Below, in pieces: positions 12,701 through 23,712 of a stretch of DNA of 36,927 bases. Source of the DNA: Saprolegnia diclina VS20 (lineage: Eukaryota); contig NW_008246119.1 of NCBI RefSeq assembly GCF_000281045.1, forward strand, positions 35,326-72,252. The letters run 5' to 3'. Numbering within the stretch: the stretch's first letter is position 1; each line of letters opens with the position of its first letter. The notes below the pieces were generated by a model. The model worked only from the letters and a program-made list of their open reading frames with translations, ran no database searches and had not been told where the DNA came from. The translations under genes and the position numbers were made by a program.

Positions 12701-14318
12701 GCATCGCTTCGGTCTCGGTGAGGTCGATGAGCGCACGCAAAAAGTTGTTGTTGCAGCGCCGAAAGAACGGGACATTGGCCACCATGTCTTTGAGCATGGT
12801 GAACTTGACGTCCTTGGCGATCGACGGACAGAGCAGTTTCATGTTGCTCTTGTCGTTTGTGTCGCCGCTCTTGAACTCGTGCTATTCCAAAGAGCCATGA
12901 TCTCGTGTCCAAAGGCGCTCCGAATGCGATACTTCAATGTACTCGACCGCGCGGTCTTGAATATCTTTTGGCACCTTGTGGTACGAGAGCACTTGGCGCA
13001 GTTGGTTGACTTTGGCGTCCAAAATCTCTTGACGCGCCATGTCGCACTTGGACATCATAAAGAGCGTGCCGCAAATGTAGACAAAGAGGAGGAACCCGCC
13101 AAACATGACAAAGAGCATAAAAAGCGACTCGAGCGCCGTCCGAGGCACTTGGCCTTCGACGCTTTTTGAAATGATGCCAATCGACCTGCGCACGTCGTGA
13201 GCCACTGACACAAAAGTGACACATCGATGACACAAAAGCATACCAAAAAAGCGCGTCAAAATACTGCGCCGCAAAAGACGCATGGGCCAGAGGGTGATGG
13301 AGTCGCCATGCGCCGGCCTCGGAGCCGTCCGAGAAGCCAAACATGAGGTAGACGCACGCGACGTAGTGGCCACACATGTAGGTGACGACGATAACCTTGA
13401 CAATCTTGCAAAAAATGAAGCGCCGTGCAAACACCTACCATCGGCAGTCTCGGCCTCCTCGAACAATGCACGTGAGTGTACCTTGTCAAACTCGACCGTG
13501 TACGGTGTAATGTACACGGCGCGCACGAGCTTGTTGCAGTGCACGAGGCCGCAGAAGGACGGCGTCACGGGTATGGCGAAGAGCGGTAGCATGGCCAATA
13601 CGTCGATTGCAAACCGGCGCGAGCGAAGGTACCGGCGTCGCGTGAGCGCTGGTAGCCGGATCAAGTCGCCATCTTTGTAAAACCCGACGTGCAGGTTGAC
13701 AACAACGTCGGCAAAAAAGAAGATTTCGCCGGCGTAGACGCCAAAAGCCGTCGCACACACACTGTCGTTGATCATTGCGTCACAGAGCATGAGCGGCACG
13801 ACGAGGACGTCATAGAGGATGAAGACCAACAGAAAAATGCGCCAGATCGAAATGCCATGGCCGTTTGGATCGATCGTGCGGCTTTTGGCGCGCGCGAGCA
13901 CCCACGATTGCGTGCCACGGTTGAGCTTGAGCTTAAAATCACCGAGCGCGTCGACACCAAAGGTGGACCCGACAAGAGCGACGATCGAGACGCGCTTGCG
14001 CGGGAGTTGCGTCGTCGAGGCAGGCTGTCCGAGACGGTTTGGACGCACAATGGCGCTGGACCGCGCAAAGATCCAATCTTTGGCTTCCATCGTGGCGCGG
14101 CGAGTGCGGTCGCGGAGCGTCGTCGTATCGATCTTTGTGGTCGAGAGCCGCGCGAGCGCATCGTGTGTCGCTTTGCTAAACGAGCCCCGTGACGCGCGGT
14201 CTCGGTACGACGCCTGCGAGTGTTCCATCTCGGATTTTTTGGGGCCTTCGCTGTGCGCGGTGGCTTGGAGGCGCAGCTTGGTGCCATCGACGCTGTCTCG
14301 CTTGTTCCCAGCCAGCAT
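6747..14318 (-). CDS. Four-repeat cyclic-nucleotide-binding-domain ion channel with C-terminal B-box zinc finger, paralog A (multi-exon)
   Basis: Four consecutive ion-transport + C-linker + CNBD units (FGELSL, FGLSAL, FGEKSL, FGEEGF) joined by short introns, with no intergenic gap between units. Ends in CKRCESDVAVFYCAECVQTMCAECSIKVH. Start codon uncertain (14318 or a downstream ATG). Confidence 0.88.
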
Positions 14319-15194
14319 GAATGAACGCAACGACGGCGAGTGTCTCCTTGGCGCTTACCCCGCGCTCGAAACCCACGAAGACCGTTTTCGTTTGAGCGGC
14401 CGCCTGTCTATTTTCGACGACGTGGCGCGAAACGAATACAAGGACGAGGATTTTTTTATATACACTCATAACAGCTCTCATAACGCCATTGCATGCACTG
14501 TATTCAAGAATTGAATGTAATCGGAATTTGACGGCCAGATGACCGGTTAAAATTCCCTGGTATCTGATTGGCCAAAAAGTCTCCGTGACGTGGCAATATG
14601 GTTGGGGAGGATTGAGGCAGCTCGCTATGGTAGAGTCGCCTATGCTCGAGTGGTGTTCCAAGCATACCGCCTCCGTCGACTTGGATCGGCACATAAGCCC
14701 CACTACATGGTCAAGAAGAGGCGCGTGAAGCGGGAGCGCGAGGCTGTCTCGGCCGAGGCTCTCGTACTCGTCAAAGGTAAACAGGGATCTTGCACGAGGA
14801 TTGGTCTTGCGTGGCAAGCAAGCGCCGAATGGGAGGGTGGGAGAATAATTGTTGGCGAACCGAACGTGGTTTGGTTGCCCTGCAAACCCAATTCCCATTT
14901 TCGCATTTTTAACACGTTCGGACGTGATTTCGATAATGCCCCGACCGAACGAAGCCGAAGTCGGACATAGTTCGAGGCGACATGGCTTGAAATGATAACT
15001 TTGAAAGATGGGCGTCCAGGATGAGTGTGTACTCTTGGTGTGTATTATACATACTAGTATACAAGACTAGCAGTGACGAGCCGCTCGTCCGTGTTGTCGT
15101 CAGAAGCTTGCATGATCCATCGTCCGATGCGCCAAACCCAGCGCAATTGTTTCAATCAATTCATTACGAAAATATGGAAAATAGTGGAGCCACG

Positions 15195-18100
15195 TTACGA
15201 TTCTTCCGTGAGCACATCATGGGAAGGCAAGCTCTTGGTCGACGGTCCCCGACTTGGCGCGGTCGCTGCATCGCCGTGAAGGGCATCAAAGAGGTTTTCC
15301 GCCGCGATTCGCTCCGTAGCGGTGCGAGCGGCCTCCTGCAGCATGGTCAGCATGGTGTTACTGCGAATGGACGGCCCCGGTGACCAATGGTTGTCTGTCG
15401 TAGACGGTACAATCACGCTGCCATTCGGTTGCATCTGGCTCAAGCGCGCTTGCAGTCGCTGCAAGGACGAGCGGGCGCGCTTCACGGCCCGCGCCGCCTC
15501 TTGCTTCTCGTCGCCTTCTTCAGCTGACTGCGCCAACATCGCGTGCGTGATGTTCATCACTGGCACGCTTGCGTCCTTCGACAAGATCGGCGCTAGCTCG
15601 TCGGCAGCAGAAAACAAATCAGTGATGTCCGGAGGTGCTCCGGGCTCGGGCGCCGGGCGCACCGACCTGGACATCGAGCGGAGCCTTTTGGCACAAATCG
15701 CGACGGTATTGGCGACCCTGTTGAGACTCTTGGTCCGTGGCTTGCGAATGCGCGAGATCGAGTCCATGTGAAAGGCAAAGTGGGTGTTTTCGTGGATTTC
15801 CCGCGTGCACTGGCTGCAAAGACCTTGGAGACAGAACTTGCAGTAGAGCGTCGCTGAGTGGTCTTCACAGTGCTGGCATAGAATGAATTCGTCCTTGCCT
15901 GGTACCGTTGGCTTGCCCGCCGCGCCGTCGCCTTGGTCCTCAAAGAGCGCCAGAAATGGCGTAAACGCGGCACCGCACTCGAGCACCGAGAGGCTGCGGT
16001 AGTATTGTACATCGCCGCGGTCACGAATCAAGTAGTAGATAAGCTCGGACAAGTCGGTCGTGGGGGGAATCGACGGATAGGCATCGGGCTCTGCCAGCGA
16101 CGCCACGACCATGCGCGCAACGACGGCACTTTCCGCAAACCTAACGCACAAGTTAGTATGACAGATCCAGATTCGGGCAAAGTACCACGGGGACTCTTGC
16201 AAGGCAGCGGTAAAGTCGGCCGCCGAGAGCGCGAGGAGGTCGCAGGCGCGGAGCGCCACGACGGAATAGGTGCAAAAGCTAGCCGACATGAAGCCTTCTT
16301 CGCCGAAAAACTGCCCGTCCACATAGCTAGAGTGAATGACAGAGTTGGTTACATCTTCACAATGCTCGGGTACCGTATCGGGGCAAAGTTGGGTGTGGTC
16401 GACGCCGAAATGAGGTTGCCTTTTGCAACAAAGTACATGGTTTGACCAATGTTGCCTTGAACAATGACCGATTCACCGGGAGGGTACCCCTCAAAGACGA
16501 GCCGGTGGGCCATGCTGCACACGAGCGCTTCAATGCCGACGGTGTCGGCGCAAAGAGGCCGTAAATACCGCGTCGAGAAGCGAGCGATGGCCACGTGGCC
16601 GATCTGAATGTTGGCTTGCGACCGGATGCGTGGCGGTAGCTGCTCCAGAATGCTCTGGTACATGACGCCGCTCTGGGACGACCACCAGTACGAGAGAAAG
16701 ACGCGGACCCTGTTTTCGATGGACCGAGCAATGCGCTTCCGCGCGAGAAACTCCATGACGTTCATTTGGTTGATCTTGAACTCGACTTCGTTCTGGATGA
16801 GGTAAATGCACAGCGTCGACGCCTCGCCAATGACGTAACCCATGATAAAGACGCCAAACACGGCCATGAGGAAGAGGAACGTGAACTGGAGCATCTGGTC
16901 TTTGGGTTCGTTCACGAGACCAGTACCCGTGTTGAGCGTCATCGCAAAGTACAGACATCGGAAAAGACGGAAAAAGACCTTCTCCGTCGTTGCATCGGGA
17001 TCAATCTAGGGGTATGTCACGCCACGTAACATGATAGCATATGGCATGTCATGCCACGGTACCGCAAAGTAGGCCACGGGCAGCGAGGAGCTCCACGCTG
17101 GACCGAATCCGTCGACAAAAGTAGTACCAAAGTACGCGCACGCCAACCAGTAGCTGCACATGCAGTAGTAGAGCCCAAGGAGCTTGAGTCGGTTCATCTC
17201 GTACGACATGCTGAACCGCTGCACTTCGTTGATGGTGTGGGTAAGCTGCCGCAACTTGAGAAAGCGGTTGAGCCGAAAAAGCGCAGAAAACTCGAAGAAC
17301 GGCCCCATGATATAGTCCAAGGGGAGAATCGCAAACACGTCGAGCCACTGCGTCGTCTTGTGCTCCCTCGTCTCTTCGCTGAACTCGCGTGACGCGACCG
17401 TTTCGACAATGTGCTGCTTGAACCAAATGTCGTAGGCAAACACTGCGTCCGTCAGCACGTTGAGTACCTAGCCATCACGTCATCAATTGTGATGAGCCAT
17501 CGTGACAGATCGTACCATGTAGACAATAAACGTGCCAGTCGAGAGGCCTTCGTTGCCAAACGTGAGCGCGTACGGGATGCTCAAAGCGATGTACAAGAGC
17601 GAGAAGCAGAGCACGGTCAAGTACCGGGTGTAGATGGGCGACTGCACTTCGATGTGCACGAGCTTCGCCAGCAGTTGCCGCGACAACGAGACCGTTCGGA
17701 TGATCTCATCTTTGGATGCGCGCAAGAGCAGCATCGACTTGGACGCGTCGAGCGGGCGATGAAGCATGCGCGGCGCCGTCTCGACTTTGGCCAAGGCCCT
17801 CGCTTGGTCCTCGCGCATCTTGAGCTCTTGCTCGGCGTAAATTTCACTCACAATGGCCATGACCTTGGCCTTCCACTCGGGCTGCTGTGCAAAGACAGAC
17901 TCCAAGTGCTTCCGCGAGAGCTTGTAAAGCGTGCAGAACGTTCGCGCTTCAATGGTCGCATTTCGCGGCATGTAGGAGAAGAGGGACTTTTCGCCAAAGA
18001 AGGCGCCGGCATGGATCTCGTTGACCTTGGTGCCTTTGTTGATCAAGTTGTCCTTGATGCTGCTCACGGGCTCGAGGCCGTCGAGCATCACGAACACGTC

Positions 18101-21100
18101 GAGGCACCCCGAGAAGACAAAGTACATCTCGACACCGACTTCGTTTTGGCGGCACACGAGCTCCCCGCGCGTCACGAGCAGCTGCGTCATTTGGCTCACG
18201 AGCACACGCGTGACGTTCGAGTCCGCATGTTCGTCTTGGAAGAACGGCACCTTGTTGAGCATCGGCGTGAGTAGATAGAGCCGAATGTCGGCGACGAGCG
18301 ACGGTGGCAGGCATTGGGCCAAAATGTGCTCTTCGTGGATCGAGTGAAAGAGGCGGTAAAAGTAAAAGTGCGCAATCTTGAGCTCCATCTCGGGCGAGAA
18401 CGGAAAGTACTTGATAAACTTGCGGACGTAGTTGAGGTTGCTGTAGAATGCCCGGTTGTTGCCATCGAGAATTTGGACAATATCGAGCAGATTCCCCACA
18501 ACGTACGCAAGCAAAAAGACACCGAGCGTTTGGACGAAAATCTAAACATTTACCAGGATTGTACATTGAAATAGACACAAGAGCACATACCGTGAAGACG
18601 TATTCGATAGCTGTCACAGGGTATGCACCAGGGTGGTACCCCGAGAGCATGCCAAGGCCCCAGTAATGCGCCTTGGTGTACTTGAGGAGGAGCGTCATGT
18701 TGGGGTTGGCCGGGTCCATGTCGACATTGGGGAGCCACGGGTCCTTGCCAAACTGCTTGGTCGTGGTAAACCCGAGAAGCGTCGACGCGTTGTTGCCAAA
18801 GTTGTACCACGTGCATCCGATAAAGTGCGCAAGCAAGTAGATGTAGAAGACGAGCTTGAAGATACGGATCTGGATGTTGATCGTGTAGTACTGCCGCTCC
18901 AAATGTTGAATTTGCGCCGAGAGTTTAAAGAGCCGCAAAAGTTTGTTGACGTTCCATGCCTCGGACCGCAAACTTCCCGTCCAAACATTGGCTAAATTGA
19001 GCGGGATCACAGCAAGGACGTCAATGGCAAAGCTCATCGAGCGGAGGTAGCGCTTGCGCACTGTGACCGGGTCCATAACCTATTCCAACACACAGTGATA
19101 AATTGAAACCTACAAAAAGAGAGGTGTACCTTGTTGCCATAGTTGGAAAACCCGGTCCGCATCTTGAGAAAAATGTCGGCCAAAAAGCAAAGCTCGAGCA
19201 CAATCGAGATCGAGTCGGACTCGCGGACCGACGCGTCCGCAAAGCCAAACGCCATGTAAAAGGGGACGCCAATGCACTCGTACACCATGCCAAAGAAGAG
19301 AAGCGTCTCCCAAAAGATGGAGAAATTCGAGTCGGGGTTGAGCATCCATGGCTTCGCGACGGTGTTGGTTGGCTCCTTGGACGAGCGATCGGACGGCTCG
19401 AGAACCCCCGGCTTGTTGCGGCTGGCGGCTTTGGCACTCCGGGCCAAAATGTTGGCCGCAAATGTCGGAAACGTTTCTTGCAGCGAGAGCAACGTCTGGC
19501 GCGTCACGAGGGCGACGACACACGTCGTCATGGCTTTGGCTTCGTCCGCGTGGACAATGTTGTCTTTGTCCAAATCCAAACTCGAGAGTCCGAAAAATTC
19601 ACCTACAACCACGCGCTATGACTACCCCGAGACATGTCACGACGCGTACCCGACTGAAGCCCACGCGGCGCGTCGTCCAGGAACGGTGTGAGAATTGCAA
19701 CGTGGCCTTCGAGAAGCACGTAGGCGGCGTCGGCGTAGTCCCCACACCGATACACCATTTCGCCCTGGCCATACAAGTGAATGGTCAAGTTGTCGAGAAA
19801 AATCGCTGCGAGTTGCGGGAAGGACTCGCTGACGTGCTCCATGCGCGCGATGGTGTCGATTGCAGATGCACAGATGAACGAGAGGATTTCGCGCTTGATC
19901 GTGTTGGGCAGCTCCGCGACCAGCTCGTTAATGTTGGCGCCGCGGTGCGCGCTCCACCAAAAGTCGAGGAACGCCGAGACCCGCCGGTGCAAGCCTGTCG
20001 GTGCCTTTTGCTTTTGCAAAAAGAGCTGGATCCGAGATCGGGTCGCAAGAAATTCCATTTGCTCAACGGCCGACGCGGTCACGCGCTTCTGAACTTCGTC
20101 AATGATGATGGAGATCAAGAGCATGCCAATGAGCATGAGAACACAGGCCAAAATGAACTCGCCAAACACCTCGGGCTCAAAGGGTAACCCCAGATTCGTG
20201 ATGCACACGGCGCCATAGTAGAACGCGCGCAAATACAAGATGAGCTTGACATGACTCACGTGCGGGTCGTCGAGCGCATACGTGACATTATCATGATCGA
20301 CGTAACCCGTCTTGTCGTGGTTGAGGTGCAAATTGAGCTCGTCGGGCGGTAGCCATCCGTTTTGGAGGTGGCCGTACCCCGCGAGAAACGTGTACGCTTG
20401 CGCCGCGCACCCCGCGAGGTGGTAGCAGAAGAAGAGCATGACGCCGAGAATGAGAATGCGTCCTTTGCTCGCAATGCGCACGAACAAAGCCACTTCTTCG
20501 AGCTCGTCCGTGAGATGCAAAGCCCTAACCGCAGAGATGGGATACGGATCAAACGATAGAAGATATCGCTACCGAAGGAGGCGCGTGAACCGCCAGACTA
20601 GGTGCCATGGCGGGTATAGAATCCAAAGCGGCAATGCACACACAACGTCCCACCAAAACGACGTGCGAACATAGTGCGTGGCGCACTTGACCGTGTCAAA
20701 GATCGACTCGGCCTCGACCACGTACGACAAGTTGAGTTTGCCGTAAATATCGAGCCACAAGATTACGTCCGCGACCGTATTGCACACTTGCATCCAATTT
20801 GGGTAGCCCATGATGACAAATGTGTTGACAAACGGCACCATAAAGAGGTTGTAGAGCGTCGCACCCTAATCGCAGCATCCCTATGAGCCATCTTATCGAC
20901 AAGGATTGGTGAACATACCATGACTGCGAGTAGCCACGGAAGGCGGTAGCGCGCCTTGCGGTCCAGCGCCTGCCTCAAAAGAAGCTTGTGCCAGCGCGGT
21001 ACGACAAAGAGCGGTCGAGTAAACGTCAGCGTCGTCGAGGTGCGTGACGCGGTCGACGATGCCTTGGACTAGACACGAACGCGTCAGTATGACATACCAC

Positions 21101-23074
21101 ACTTGGTGCGACGCACCGAGCTCTTGTTGCTCTTTGCATGACTCGCGGTACTACGCGGCGGGTTTGCACTACTCGCTGGCTTCCCGGACGCTGGCAAGAG
21201 ATCGACAAAGCGCCGGCTAAAGCGCTTGTCGCCGGGTCTTTCAAGCTGATGCACGTAGTTGCCATACGCTTTGGCTCGTTGAACTGTGTCGTTGCTTTCG
21301 ACGATCGAGCCTTTGCGCCGAATCACTTCGTTGTTGTGAAGGTCCATTTCCTGCAAGAGCTTTCCGACGCAGTCGAGAATTTGACCCTCGAATTCAGGGT
21401 ACGCGCGGAGGACGCGCTGCACATGCGTGCGCGACAACATGTGCAAAATGCAAAACGTCGCGGTTGTCACTAACCATCGGTTTCGCCTCAAAAGTATCAA
21501 CATATCGAGAACATACCATTGGCGGTGCGCACTTGGTTGGTAAAGAGTGAAAGCTCACCGAAAAAGCCCCCTTTTCGCAGCTCGCGCACCTACGCTTGAG
21601 TTGAGCATCGGTGCGATCGATCGATAGATGGATAGATATTTGGATAGATGGAGTACATACTTTGACGTCGTTGATGGTCACGGCGAGGACGCCGGCTTGA
21701 ACAAAGTACATGTCTTCGCCTTGGTCGCCTTTTTGGCACACGACGTAGTTGGTCGGCAGCGAATGCGTGTCCATGAGGTCGATGAGCGCGCGCACAAACG
21801 CCGCGTTGCAGCAGCGAAAGAAAGGCACGCCGGCCACCATGCCTTTGAGAAGCGTAAACTTGACGTCTTTGGCGATCGACGGACAGAGGAGCCTCATGTT
21901 GCTCTTGTCGTTGCTTTCGCCGCTCTTGAACCCATTCTACACGTGTCGTTTGCTTCTTAACGTGGTTCGTCGGTCGTCTACCTCGAGGAATTCGACCGCG
22001 CACTCTTGGATTTCATGCGGCACGTGGTGGAACGAGAGCACGTAGCGGAGCTGGTTGATTTTTGCGTCAAACTTTTCGAGCGTATCGGCGTCGCATTTCG
22101 AGAGCATAAAGAGAGTGCCGCAAATGTAGACGAAGAGAAGAAAGCCGCTGACCATGACGACGACCATAAAGACCGACTGCCACAATGTGCGAGGGGCTAC
22201 GCCTTCGAGGCACTTGGAGACGATGCCAATCGACCTAAACGCCCACAATGGTCGTCATATGCATGTGCAGTTGATGAGAAAAAGCGTACCAAAAGAGCGC
22301 GCCAAAGTACTGCGTCACCACGTCTTCGTGCTCGAGGTGGTATGTGAGCAACCACGGGTTGGTGTTGCTCGTATTGAACCCAAACGACGCGTAAATGCAC
22401 GCGGTCAGGTGGCAAAACGCATACGACACAAAGACGACTTTGACGATCTTGCAGAATTTGAAGTGACGCGCAAACACCTTGTCAAAGTCCAGCGTATAGG
22501 CGTTCACGCGCCGAAGACGAAGGAGCTTGTTGAGGTACAAGAGCCCGCACGACGGTGCGTGCGGTACGATCATATAGAGCGGTACGAGCGTGAGGAGGTC
22601 GAGCGGAAAGCTCGTCGACCAGAGGTACTTGCGCCGTGTCATTGTCGGGTTGCGCACCATGTCGCCGAGGAGGTAGTAGCCCGTGTGCATTTGGACGCCA
22701 ATGTCGAGAAAGAAGAAGACTTCGGCGAGGTTGAGCAAGTAGACAAGCGTTGGTACCTCGCAGATCGTGTGCTCAAAGCACAAGAGGAGTGGGATCACGA
22801 GTGCATTGTACAAGCAAAAGACGAGCAGGAGAACGTTCCAGCACGCCAGATAGAACGAGTCGGGCTCGATCGTGATCGTCTTCTTGTGACGGATCTCCCA
22901 CGAAAGCGACCCGCGCCGCAGCTGGAAGCTCCCGAGGTTCTCGGCTGTCCGACGGAGACGCGGCACGACACGGGCGAGGCTCTCGCCGCGGAAGATAGCA
23001 CTGAGGTGCGATGGCCGGCCGTCCTTAGCACCGGGAGGGCGCCAAAGGCCGAGCCGCACCAGTAGCTGCTTCAT
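15195..23074 (-). CDS. Four-repeat cyclic-nucleotide-binding-domain ion channel with C-terminal B-box zinc finger, paralog B (multi-exon)
   Basis: Colinear with paralog A, sharing e.g. HFYFYRLFHSIHEEH, YLIQNEVEFKINQMNV and LLCPSIAKDVKFT. Four CNBDs; B-box CQHCEDHSATLYCKFCLQGLCSQCTREIH followed by a longer C-terminal tail. Confidence 0.88.
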
Positions 23075-23636
23075 GTTGTTGCGCCAACCGTTCTTGTCCT
23101 GAGGGGCCGCCTTTCTCGCGACGCTATTTATAGATCGGTTACGAGTGGTTAGGGCCGGGATTTGGTTACGAAGCGCTAAATATACAATTCGCTAAAATCA
23201 CACCACATTGCGTGTGCAAACGACATGGAATTCGCTCTTTTGTCATGGCCTCCACGACAAAATAGTGAATTATGATTCGAGGGACGTCATTGCCAGCATG
23301 AGATAACTCAGCAACCACCAAATGCTATGCAAGTATTCACGTGGGAGAATGCCTTGAAGAGAATAAACGAATGGGGCTTGCCCACAAGAGTATTTAGTAC
23401 CTGCTATCGAGTCGCTACACTAGTGCCGGTCGATGCATCGACTGCCGTCGAGTGTCGCGAGGTGTGCGACCACCGAAGGGCTTGGGTTGAAATTTACGGT
23501 AAATGGCTTCAAACGCACAAATAGACGGTCCCGGATACGGTATATTTACCGTAAACAAGACGGTCTATTTGACCGGATACGACCAGTATCCGGAGGACAA
23601 TAGAAACACGGTATTTTTGCGGGCAATCGGCGGGTG

Positions 23637-23687
23637 TTGATTGGAGGAGGCCAATTGGTGGCCCATCCTCGTGTCATTGGCCCTTTC
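23637..23687 (+). promoter_or_regulatory. Putative core promoter of eIF5B: CCAAT box (TTGATTGG) and Inr/FPR-like GTCATTGGCCCTTTC
   Basis: TTGATTGG at 23637-23644 and TCATT at 23674-23678, ~35 nt before the ATG. Resembles the oomycete CCAAT and INR+FPR elements. Confidence 0.5.
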
Positions 23688-23712
23688 GCTCCCACTGGAT
23701 AAGCTCGCCGCC

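Noticed and set aside
14590..14970. Possible small plus-strand gene (MVKKRRVKRERE...) between the giant channels
   Set aside because: Short, no recognisable homology, atypical codon usage; cannot be supported without expression data.
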